Of a DNA stretch of 23,781 bases, positions 1 to 10,197 are shown piece after piece. Where the stretch lies: the NCBI RefSeq assembly GCF_006345805.1, contig NW_021836463.1, forward strand, positions 1 through 23,781, given 5' to 3'. The stretch is from Octopus sinensis. Lineage: Eukaryota. The position numbers were made by a program, and so were the translations under genes. Every line of letters begins with the position of its first letter. The first letter of the stretch is position 1. The notes under the pieces are model-generated. The model was not told the DNA's origin. It was given only the letters and a program-made list of their open reading frames with translations, and ran no database searches.

Positions 1-349
1 CAAGCACCGCACAAGATGTTTACACACCAAAATAAAATAAAATAAATAAAATCTTCATAAAACGCATAACATACATTAGATAAACGGAAAAAAAACAGGA
101 AGAAATGGGCTTTTGCTTCCTTCTTATTTCTATGCAGAGTAAGTGCGTTGTAGAACAGAGTATATTTATAGTTGGAATAATAAATATTTGCTCATATTTC
201 AAGAAATCCAGACAAGGACTTATTCTTTGTAAGCCTAGTATTTATTCTATCGGTGTCTTTTGCCAAACTGTTTAGTTAGCTCTAGTAACTTCTCTGATCT
301 TATTTTTTATGTGAAAATGTATGTTTATCTGTGTATATGTGTTTATGTG

Positions 350-558
<209 letters not shown>

Positions 559-627
559 TGGTAAAAACGGTAAGATAACAAAGAAAGAAAGAGACCTCAA
601 TATTATTGTAAATAGAAGAAATTATCA

Positions 628-881
628 GTAAAATAATATGTTACAATTACTCAATAGTCAAGATAAAACTCTGGGTTTCAGATGCCGAAATGGAAATCCA
701 CAACACCATCTCTTCGGTTATCTGGCCATCTGAAAAACGCTATGAAAAAATACCCTTATACAAAGGGAAATTACTGTATTATAATTCTGCTCGCGAACCC
801 ACGTGCGTACTTATACGTCACTATGCAAACGTCCACATCTTCACTCGCATCTTTCGCCAAATATATACGCATATATATACA
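628..881 (-). repeat. Left arm of 254-bp inverted repeat (inverted copy of the element 3' end)
   Basis: Reverse complement of 1904-2157, ~96% identical. Confidence 0.95.
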
Positions 882-884
882 TAA

Positions 885-1367
885 CACAAAAACCACAACA
901 AGAAAACAGCTGTTCATGCAGGAATAAAAAATTGTGCCCGCTAAATGAAGCTTGCATCTCCGAGACCATCATCTATGAAGCTACCGTGGACTCTATAACT
1001 ACTAAAGATACTGTTTCGACGAAGAAATACGTGGGCCTTACAGAAGGCAATTTCAAGGTCAGGTTCAATAACCACACCTTGAGTTTTAGGCACTGGAACA
1101 AAAGAAAAGCGACAAAATTATCTAATCATTTTTCGTCTTTAAAAGATAAAGGTGTCGATTATAACATCCATTGGAAGATTTTGGCCAAATGTAAGCCCTA
1201 CCAACGGCAGCGGAAGGTGCGGTCTATGCGACATGGAGAGATGGCTTATCTGGAAAAGCAGCTTAGACCCTACTACATGTCTAAACTCAAGGACAGAACT
1301 TTTCGGATCATGCCCATACGTGACTAAATTTTTGTTATGTTTTTGGTCCCCTCAAGACTACATATAG
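885..1367 (+). pseudogene. C-terminal GIY-YIG endonuclease of a Penelope/Poseidon-type retroelement, frameshifted
   Basis: Translation SCSCRNKKLCPLNEACISETIIYEATV...KYVGLTEGNFKVRFNNHTLSFRH...LSNHFSSLKDKGVDYNIHWKILAKCKPY, then after a frameshift near 1200 TNGSGRCGLCDMERWLIW...LNSRTELFGSCPYVTKFLL. Matches the PLE pattern CxC..CPL..C..IY.A..YIGLT..FK.R..NH..SF and C.LC..E. Confidence 0.88.
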
Positions 1368-1903
1368 AACTTGCTTTCTATATTATGTCCCAAAAAGTTT
1401 TTTATCTCATTATACCTTTTATTATTTCATATATTTTTATATTTTCACACATAATAATTTTTTCTGTACTTTTCTATCCTGCATTTTTTCCTGTGCCTAT
1501 ATAGACGTGTATATAGATTCATTTTGTACACGTGTGTGAATATGTATGAGTGGGAAGTTTTAGGTGTGTGCGTGTGTGCGGGCATAAGAATGCACATATA
1601 TATATAGACGTTTTTACTTAGTATTTTTACATTTTCTTAGGGGTTTGGGGGGGGGCATATGTATATTCATTTTCGTATATGCGTGTGTATGTATGCGTAT
1701 ATAAACATGTGCGGGTATGTACATATATGGGCGTGTGTGTGTATGAGTGCATAGGGGCATGTCCGTATATGAACGTGGTTTTTATGCTTTGTATACTTCC
1801 TTATGTTTTTTTCTGTTACCTTTAACCATGGTTTTTCTTGCGCTTGTGCGTATATAGACATATGTATGAACTTTTACGGTACGCATGTGTGTGTGTATGA
1901 GTT

Positions 1904-2157
1904 TGTATATATATGCGTATATATTTGGCGAAAGATGCGAGTGAAGATGTGTACGTTTTCATAGTGACGTATAAGTACGCACGTGGGTTCGCGAGCAGAA
2001 TTATAACACAGTAATTTCCCTTTATATAACGGTATTTCTTCATAGCGTTTTTCAGATGGCCAGATAACCGAAGAGATGGTGTTGTGGATTTCCAATTCGA
2101 CATCTGAAACTCAGAGTTTTATCTTGACTATTGTGTAATTGTAACATATTATTTTAC
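1904..2157 (+). repeat. Right arm of 254-bp inverted repeat (3' end of the Penelope-like element)
   Basis: Reverse complement of 628-881. Its terminal ~50 bp recur at 7449-7500 and 7526-7577. Confidence 0.95.
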
Positions 2158-2165
2158 AGATAAAC

Positions 2166-2197
2166 ATATATATATATATATATATATAATATATATG

Positions 2198-2229
<32 letters not shown>

Positions 2230-2329
2230 TGTATGTATGTATGTATGTATGTACGTACGTATGTATGTGTGTATGTATGTATGTATGTATGTATGTATGT
2301 ATGTATGTATGTATGTATGTATGTATGTA
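2166..2329. repeat. (TA)n followed by (ATGT)n microsatellite
   Basis: Direct. Confidence 0.96.
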
Positions 2330-2793
2330 TCTCGTTGCTATTGTGCAAAAGTTACGTGAGTTCAAAACGTTGCTTTTTCAGAAAACGTAAGAATAATTTC
2401 ACTATTCCATAGCAAAACCGTTGCACTACACTTTGACAATTCTGATCCCTTGGCATGTGAAGAAGTTGGAGATACGATTGTTTGACCAAAAGAACCAGCT
2501 ATTGCAAGCAAAAATAAATATTGAATGAAGGACGCATTTTGACAAATTTGGACATACGACAGTTTAATGTAATAGAAACAATACATATATGATAGAATTG
2601 ATGTTGATATCATTACCAGAATTTGAAGTCTTGTCCATTAGTGTTATATAACCCAACCAGGAACTGGTTTTTGCTCTTCTCGTTAATACATGATGCTGTC
2701 TCTCACCTGCTCCAGTCTCTTTTTGTCTGTATCTTTCTTTCTTCCTCTCTCTCTTTACTTCTCTCTCTCTCAGTTTGTGTATGTGTGTGTGTG

Positions 2794-2825
<32 letters not shown>

Positions 2826-3127
2826 AATGAATGTATGTTTGCGAGAAAGAAAGAGAGTGCGTGTGTGTTGAGGTGAGTAACCGTACAAAATATCATATAA
2901 GTGAGATAAGTTGTGGCCGCCACTGAGCCAGGCTATGTCTATCTTAACAACATCACCCATATAATTATGTTTTGGCTTTCAATTCATTTCCCTTTGTCTA
3001 ACTCTTAGTTTCTCTACCGCCACCGCCGCCACCACCAACAACAACAACAGCAACAACAACAAAAGCAAGGACAACAAATACAAAAACAACAACAAATGTC
3101 TGCCACAAGAGTAGCTAGAGTAGCTTG

Positions 3128-3628
3128 TGGGGGGTTAAGTCGATTACATCGACCCCAGTGCGTAACTGGTACTTATTTATCGACCCCGAAAGGATGAAAG
3201 GCAAATCGATCTCGGCGGATTTGAACTCAGAACGTAGCGACGGGCGAAATACCTGTTTCTTTACTACCCCACAAGGGGCTAAACACAGAGGGGACAAACA
3301 AGGACAGACAAACGGATTAAGTCGATTTATCGACCCCAGGCGTAACTGGTACTTATTTAATCGACCCCGAAAGGACGAAAGGCAAAGTCGACCTCAGCGG
3401 AATTTGAACTCAGAACGTAGCGGAAGATGAAATACCTATTTCTTTATTGCCCAAAAGGGTTAAACACAGAGAGGACAAACAAGGACAGACAAAGGGATTA
3501 AATCGATTATATCCACTCCAGTGCGTAACTGGTACTTATTTAATCGACTCCGAATGGATGAAAGGCAAAGACGACCTCAGCGGAATTTGAACTCGGAACG
3601 TAGCTAACGATTCTGCCTGCTCGCCGCC
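3128..3628 (-). mobile_element. tRNA-derived SINE family A, tandem trimer
   Basis: Three ~183-bp units, each with a B box (minus strand GAGTTCAAATTCC/GAGTTCAAATCC). A single A-box-like head GGCGGCGAGCAGGCAGAATCGTTAGC lies at the 3628 end. Confidence 0.85.
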
Positions 3629-4401
3629 TACACCGACAACAAGAATAATAACAGCAAAAACAATATGAACTCAATCAATACCAACAACAACAATAACAAC
3701 AACAACACTTCCAGTAATAACAATAGCAAAGACAGTGTGTGTGTAGCGACGGAGTGGCTATGATCTCGTCTGGATTGAATGAAATAAGGAAATATCAAGG
3801 AAAGAGAGAGAGAGAAGAGAGGAAGACGGAAAGATAGGTGGAGAGAGAGAGAGAGAGAAGGGTTGACGTGGCTTATTGTTGTTGTTGTTGCTATTATTGT
3901 TATTATGTGTTTGTGGAGATCGGGTGGAAAGAAGAGGCAGGCGAGGCGCCGGCCTAACCGACAAGATGGCGGAAGACGATCAGTGTCGCGTCTGTATGTT
4001 CAATTGTGTCAACCTCTGTCGTTGATACCCGATCCACCGAACACACCCGTTCACCAACTCGTGACCACGTCACCCCCATATTCCCGCCTCCACCACCAAC
4101 ATCAACAATAACACCCGGCACCAGATTCACTATTGCAAAAAGAAAAAAAGTACAATGAATAATAAATAATAAATAAAAAGACCAGCTCAATCAACAACGA
4201 ACAAGGAAGCCGCTATGTGGTCACACGATCTGCTAGAAATATCAACCAAATTGCCCTCAAATCATGCCTTACTGTCTCAAAGATAGGCCTAATGTAATCT
4301 TATCTACACCTTAAATAGATGAGACGGTCACGCAGGGAATACTTTTGATCATAAGTTATTTAATTCGGTCATTTCCTCAACAATAGCAACAAAAGGAATT
4401 T

Positions 4402-4560
4402 TGACTGTGTGGTAAGAAGCTTGCTTTCCAACCACGTGGTTCCGGGTTCATTCACACTGCGTGTTACCTTGGGCAAGTGTCTTCTGCTACAGCCACGGGC
4501 CGACCAAAGCCTTGTGAGTGGATTTGGTAGACAGAAACTGAAAGAAGCCTGTCGTATATA

Positions 4561-4603
<43 letters not shown>

Positions 4604-4833
4604 ATATATATATGCGTATGTGTCTTTGCATCTGTGTCTGTCCCCCACTACCCCTTGACAGACGGTGTTGATGTGTTTACGTGCCCGTAACTTAGCGGTT
4701 CGGCATAAGGAGTTGATAGAATAAGTACTAGGCTTAACAAAAACTAAGTACTGGTATCGATTCATCGACTAGGAATTCTTCAAGGCGGTGCCCCAGTATG
4801 GCCGCATTCTAATGACTGAGACAAGGAAAGAAG
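4402..4833 (+). mobile_element. tRNA-derived SINE family B (CORE-like CCTTGGGCAAGT motif, internal (TA)n)
   Basis: Head TGTGTGGTAAG...GGTTCCGGGTTCA, CORE-like segment, microsatellite, and tail ...TAACTTAGCGGTTCGG...AAGGCGGTGCCCCAG. Homologous to 8467-8790. Confidence 0.85.
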
Positions 4834-4924
4834 GCAAAAAACTACCTATTCATGGATAATTCCTCTGCTTGAAATAGCAGCCAAATTTCCTTCATCCACA
4901 CATGCATCATATCAAGAACTTATT

Positions 4925-5137
4925 GATTTCAAATTTTGCCACAAGGCCAGCAATTTCGTGGGAAGTGGGTAAGTCAATTAGATCGACCTCAGTATGTAAC
5001 TGGTACTTAATTTATTGACCTCGAAGAGATAAAAGGGAAAATCGACCTAGGCGGAATTTGAACTCAGAACGGAAAGATGAACGAAAAGCCACAAAGCTTT
5101 TTGCCCGATACGATAACGATTCTGCCAGCTTGCCGCC
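4925..5137 (-). mobile_element. SINE family A, diverged monomer
   Basis: Same body (aactggtactt...ggaatttgaactcagaac) and head (ctgccagcttgccgcc) as other copies. Confidence 0.82.
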
Positions 5138-5399
5138 ATATCAAAGAAATATTAGTACACCTTTCGAGCTGGTTACTCACGTGACACCTAAGATACTCCA
5201 ATCACTCACTCCCACCTACCATCCATATTATACTCAACTAGTTTAATCCCCTATTTTCGCTTCTTTCTCCCTGGAAACTGGACCCTCTTAAAATTTCCTC
5301 TCTGTGCATGTCTTTCTTGCGGTCGTCAACCAAGCAGATTAACCTTATCGATGTCAGACGACCCCCGAAAGCAAAGCTCTGGATACCATTCAAATTGAT

Positions 5400-5608
5400 A
5401 AAGGTTTCAAATTTTGTCACAGAGCTATTAATTTCGTTGGAGGGGTAAGTCAATAACATCGACCCCAGTACGCAACTGGTACTTAATTTATCGACTCCGA
5501 AAGGATGAAAAGCAAAGTCGACTTCAGCGGAATTTGAACTCAGAACGTAAAGACGGACAAAATACAGTATTTTGACCGATGCAGTAACGATTCTGCCAGT
5601 TAACCGCC
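5400..5608 (-). mobile_element. SINE family A, diverged monomer
   Basis: Homology to other copies, B box at ggaatttgaactc. Confidence 0.82.
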
Positions 5609-5656
5609 TTTGAAATGTCCAAACTAATAATAATAGTTTGTTTCAAAGGATTAATT

Positions 5657-5800
5657 TAAACGATTACATCGACCCCAGTGCTCAACTGGTACTTATTCTT
5701 AACGACCTCGAAAGGATGAAAAGCAAAACCACCTTGGGCAGAATTCGAACTTAGAATGTAAAGATCCGGAAGAAATATCGCAAGGCATTTATTCCGACGA
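5657..5800 (-). mobile_element. SINE family A, diverged partial copy
   Basis: cgattacatcgaccccagtgctcaactggtactt...gaattcgaacttagaatg. Confidence 0.75.
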
Positions 5801-6299
5801 ACACCGTAAATCACATCTTAAAATAAGGATGTATTTAGTGTGGCCGATGAGATTTCAATCGTGGAAATAAGATGTGGTAGACATGGTTGGGTGTATTTGA
5901 TCCATCGGACCAAACCCGGGGCTAAAACTACAGTGATAATTTCAACATCGGTACTAAGGGCCAACGTGGAAGCTGTCTCCATCAGATCATTCCGCCCTAC
6001 CAGAAATAGCAAGCAAATAAACCTCAAACCTATCGCGCTGTTACTAAAATTGGAAAGACACATCGGAGAATGTAGACTTGGAGGATTTTTGGAGTTCTTT
6101 TAAAATTGGAATTTTCAACTGTTACCATAAACCAAAACCTTATCCAGACCTGATTCCAATGCTGGATGCTCAAGAATCAAATGAAGGGCAGATTTTCAAT
6201 CCTCGTATCATCCTGATTCCAAAAATGTATAAAATGTCTATGTAAAGCAAATGTCGACTGAGATGCAGGGGGTCCCAGACGAACAGACAGAATTTCGCG

Positions 6300-6300
<1 letters not shown>

Positions 6301-6351
<51 letters not shown>

Positions 6352-6364
6352 TTATCATTATTAT
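6301..6364. repeat. (TTA)n microsatellite at the 3' end of the R4/Dong-like element
   Basis: Direct. Confidence 0.95.
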
Positions 6365-6750
6365 TCAGTAGTTTTATTTTTATAGCGTGCTTTCACTTCA
6401 CTACCGAGCGCAGCTTTGTGTGCCTTGGGTCTGCGCTGTGGTTTATTGTGATACCTTGTAGTGCTATTTTCTGCATGTTATATATATTTGTAAGTCCTGG
6501 TATTTTTGTTATGTATTTGTCTGAATATTTTTTATCATACCTAATGCGCCCACAATGTTTAGGAATTGTTTCTGTTTTTAGATTCCACATTCTGGTTACC
6601 TCTATTTCCAGGTCCCTCCGTCTCTGCTTTGAATCCTGAGCTTCCCAATCATTGGTGGGATTTTTCTCTGTCTATTTCTTTTGCGTTTAGTTTAACCCAG
6701 CATTTGCCATGAAGGGGCTTTTCTTACCATCGTTTCATCATGATCATTAG
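6365..6750 (-). mobile_element. R4/Dong-clade non-LTR retrotransposon remnant, 5'-truncated and internally deleted
   Basis: Minus-strand translation MKRW*EKPLHGKCWVKLNAKEIDREKSHQ*LGSSGFKAETEG, joined to RDLEIEVTRMWNLKTETIP/IVGALGMI/KKYSDKYITKIPGLTNIYNMQKIAL, followed by a short 3' UTR and (TAA)n. KPLHG, KAETEG and GALG are R4-clade motifs, and Dong elements are known to insert in (TAA)n. Confidence 0.8.
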
Positions 6751-6965
6751 CCACACAAAACACTATCTTAAAGAGATGACAAAGGGAGACAACCTCCCCA
6801 CGGTCTCAGAGCCAGATCACCGAATCATTTCACAATCTGATGATTAGCGCATCTTAATGCCCATCAGTGGCTCTCACTGCGCCTAGGGTTAAACCCATCT
6901 CGCCTTGTCAGCTTATAAGAACTCCGTTGAAATCATATGCTGATTTCATAAACGGTAAAGTGGGA

Positions 6966-6994
6966 ATCATATATAATATATATATATATATATA

Positions 6995-7030
<36 letters not shown>
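6966..7030. repeat. (TA)n microsatellite
   Basis: Direct. Confidence 0.95.
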
Positions 7031-7034
<4 letters not shown>

Positions 7035-7314
7035 TTTTGTTAAATGAATAAATAATCCAATATTTATATATCCGAAAGCTGATGAACAAACTAAATTTGT
7101 TTCTCCAATTTTTTTATTTGTATTATAAATTAAAGGTAAAATATTTCTCTACCTTCACCCGTTTAATACAATAATTGAGTTAATTGCATTGCAATTAAAA
7201 CATTTATGTATTAAGAATCTGGGTACTTTACCAACAGTATATTGGATAAATGCTATCCCTTAGTGGGTTACACCCATAACCCCTATCTTAATTTGCATAT
7301 ATATATATATATAT

Positions 7315-7709
7315 AAGTATGGCTGTGTGGTAAGAAGCCTGCTTCTTAACCACATGGTTCCGCGTTCAGCCCCACACCATGGTACCTTGGGCAAGTGTCT
7401 TCTAGGATTTAGAAGTCAGCCTGATATATATATATATATATATATATAGGCATCTGAAACTCAGAGTTTTATCTTGACTACCGAGTAATGTAACATATTG
7501 TATAGATATATATTATATATCTATACAATATGTTACATTACTCGGTAGTCAAGATAAAACTCTGAGTTTCAGATGCCTATATATATATATATATATATAT
7601 CAGGCTGACTTCTAAATCCTAGAAGACACTTGCCCAAGGTACCATGGTGTGGGGCTGAACGCGGAACCATGTGGTTAAGAAGCAGGCTTCTTACCACACA
7701 GCCATACTT
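7315..7709. repeat. 395-bp near-perfect palindrome (SINE B 5' fragment + (TA)n + Penelope 3' terminus, mirrored)
   Basis: 7315-7512 is the reverse complement of 7514-7709 except for a 2-nt length difference in the (TA)n tract; 1-nt centre at 7513. Confidence 0.97.
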
Positions 7710-8203
7710 GGACTAAAAAATCTTCAACATCCCTTCAAACATCACCACCACCACGACAATCCCCAAACACAGCCGCCACCGCCGCCACCACAGCCACCAC
7801 CGCCACCGCCGCCACTATCATCACTACCGTTGACTATGACTACGACCATTTCAGTCGGCCATCAAGAAGCCCCGGCGACAGCAAGAGCAGGAAGCAACAG
7901 TAGGAATCACTAAAGCGTCATTAGAGCTGACCTTTGACACGAAAGATCAAATGTTCTGCGACGTCTGTCTCAATTCAGTGAGCCGGGTGTCTGACAATGG
8001 CAGTTCATGTCTCTATTGCCTCACACTTCACCTCCCTTACAATTACTATAGCCAGCACATCGTGGTAGGAGGAGGTTCATACAGAAACGAGTCGCTGCCT
8101 GCCTTTTACGTCATGGCTAACTTACAAGTATCGATGGCCACCGCCGCCACCGCACACAATCTAGCTTCTATTATACGCTTCAACAAAATTTTTTAATTTT
8201 ATT

Positions 8204-8315
8204 TTTTACTGGTTTCAGACATTAGACCATGGCCATGCTGGAGCACCAATTTGAAGAATTTTAGTCGAATAAATTGATTCCAGGACTTTTTTTAAAGTCT
8301 GGTACTTATACTAAC
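8204..8315 (-). mobile_element. SINE family B 3' tail fragment
   Basis: Reverse complement of the tail seen at ~4730-4830 (catggccatgctggagcacc...agtcgaataaattga). Confidence 0.7.
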
Positions 8316-8347
8316 CGCGGCAGTGGGGCACACACACAAACACACAC

Positions 8348-8348
8348 A

Positions 8349-8430
<82 letters not shown>

Positions 8431-8466
8431 GTGTTGTGTGTGTGTGTGTTGTGTGTGCGTGTGTGT
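8348..8466. repeat. (TA)n-(TG)n microsatellite
   Basis: Direct. Confidence 0.95.
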
Positions 8467-8790
8467 TTATGTGGTAAGTTGCTTGGTTCCGGGTTCAGTC
8501 CCACTGCGTGGCACCTTAGGCAAGTGTCTTCTGCTATAGCCTCGGGCCGACCAAAGCCTTGTGAGTAGATTTGGTAGACGGAAACTGAAAGAAGCCCGTC
8601 GTATATATATATATATATATGCATGTGTGTGTATGTGTGTTTGTCCACCCCACCCCAACATCCCTTGCCAACCGATGCTGATGCGTTTACGTCCCCGTAA
8701 CTTAGCGGTTTGGCAAGAGAGACCGATAGAATAAGTACTAGGCTTACAAAGAATAAGTCCTGGGGTACATTTGCTCGACTAAAGGCGGCG
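8467..8790 (+). mobile_element. SINE family B copy, tail fused to the head of a family A SINE
   Basis: Homologous to 4402-4790 up to ...GACTAAAGGCGG, where family A begins. Confidence 0.85.
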
Positions 8791-9172
8791 AACTGGCAGA
8801 AACGTTAGCACGCCGGGCGAAATGCGTAGCCGTATTTCGTCCGCCGCTACGTCCTGAGTTCAAATTCCGCCGAGGTCGACTTTGCCTTTCATCCTTTCGG
8901 GGTCGATTAAATAAATACCAGTTACTCACTGGGGTCGATATAATCGATTTAATCCGTTTGTCTGTCCTTGTTTGTCCTCTCTGTGTTTAGCCCCTTGTGT
9001 AAAGAAATAGGTATTTCGCCTGTCTTTACGTTCTGAGTTCAAATTCCGCCGAGGTCGACTTTGCCTTTCATCCTTTCGGGTCGATAAATTAAGTACCAGT
9101 TGCGTACTGGGGTCGATCTAATCGACTGGCCCCTTCCCCCAATATGTTCAGGCCTTGTGCCTAGAGTAGAAA
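8784..9172 (+). mobile_element. SINE family A dimer
   Basis: Head GGCGGCGAACTGGCAGAAACGTTAGC; B boxes GAGTTCAAATTCC at 8856-8868 and 9035-9047; period 179 bp. Confidence 0.87.
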
Positions 9173-9635
9173 ATAATAGATTTTAATAAAATGGCCGTGA
9201 GTATCCTCAGTTCAGTTCGCAGGCTTCGGCAGCCGAGATATTGCCATATACTCCTCTTCCTGGCCCTCTTTAAGACTCAGTAGGGGTCCGTTTGTTTTAG
9301 ATATAAATATTCCCTTCCTTATTCTGTTTCTTGAACCTATTTTCAACGTGTGGGATTTTTTATTTGCTACTTTCCTAACTGAACTTGTCAGTGAGTTACC
9401 GAAGCGATAAAGCGGCAGATCAATGGCATGCTGTCTTTCGTTGCGTAGTTTTATGTTATGATACGATAATACAACTCTAGTTCTTCCGGGGTCAATGATA
9501 CGACAACCAGTCGATTGCTGATGTCCGTATGTAATAACCGATTGTTCTGTGGCCCTGAAATTTACGGTGGTGTGCCTTGCCTAGAAATCAGCTTGCTACA
9601 GATTATAGTTGGATTAGCTGAAATTCCTGTTAACT

Positions 9636-9863
9636 AAATACCTATTTCTTTACTACCCACAAGGGGCTAAACACAGAGAGGACAAACAAGGACAGACAAA
9701 CGGAGTAAGTCGATTACATCGACCCCAGTGCGTAACTGGTACTTAATTTATCGACCCCGAAAGGATGAAAGGCAAAATCGACCTCGGCGGAATTTGAACT
9801 CAGAACGAAACGGCAGACGAAATACGGCTACGCATTTCGCCCGGCGTGCTAACGTTTCTGCCA
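9636..9863 (-). mobile_element. SINE family A monomer with linker-type tail
   Basis: Close match to the first unit of the dimers; ends at the ...AAAGAAATAGGTATTT junction. Confidence 0.87.
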
Positions 9864-10059
9864 TACCAAGTTCCAATGAAGATATGAACTGCAATATTCG
9901 AGGAATTCTTTTGTTTTTGTTGTTTTCCCTTAGCCGTAGGACTGAAAATGTTGGTCACCGGGAGTCCAATCGTAGGAGAGATTCAGATCATAATAATCCC
10001 CCTGGATGGGACGCTGGTCCATTGCAGGGTTGAAGTAATTTTTTAGGAGAGGAAATTAG

Positions 10060-10180
10060 TCGATTATATCGTCCCCGTTATTTGAGTGGTACTTTATTTT
10101 ATCGATCTCAAAGGGACGAAAGGCAAAGTCGGTCACGGCATTTTGGCCAATGCGCTAGCGATTCAGTCAGCATGCCGACT
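10060..10180 (-). mobile_element. SINE family A, degenerate fragment
   Basis: agtcgattatatcgtcccc...ggtacttt...gaaaggcaaagtcgg. Confidence 0.65.
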
Positions 10181-10197
10181 TATGTATTCCAGGAATA

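Larger units (their letters stand above)
628..2157 (+). mobile_element. 5'-truncated Penelope-like retroelement with inverted terminal (pseudo-LTR-like) repeat
   Basis: GIY-YIG endonuclease remnant at ~885-1367, long AT-rich 3' region, and 628-881 is the reverse complement of 1904-2157 (10 mismatches in 254 bp by hand alignment). Inverted pLTR arrangements are characteristic of Penelope-like elements. Confidence 0.8.

Noticed and set aside
685-740. Type II hammerhead-like arrangement (CCGAAA-TGG...CCA-TC...CTGAAAA)
   Set aside because: Stem III and the AUC triplet fit, but the core lacks G8 (CUGAAAA instead of CUGANGA) and stems I and II do not form.
682-927. Apparent paralogous small proteins (682/690 on + and 1822/1874 on -)
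   Set aside because: They are translations of the two arms of the non-coding inverted repeat, with no recognisable motif.
2865-2880. Perfect donor GAG|GTGAGT (also ATGGCC|GTGAGT at 9191-9202 and CAG-AAAAC-GTAAGA near 2380)
   Set aside because: Isolated splice-like motifs without supporting exon structure are expected by chance in 24 kb.
3863-4111. 82-aa ORF with a hydrophobic N-terminus and basic tail (membrane micropeptide-like)
   Set aside because: The hydrophobic part comes from (TTG)/(TTA) microsatellite, and there is no ATG start (TTG) or homology support.
7671-7913. His/Pro-rich ORF suggesting a transcription factor exon
   Set aside because: Runs derive from (CCA)/(CCG) microsatellites and the ORF begins within the palindromic SINE arm; no domain is recognisable.
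8784-8870. tRNA genes suggested by A/B-box motifs
   Set aside because: The boxes are SINE heads; the spacing and sequence do not fold into a cloverleaf.
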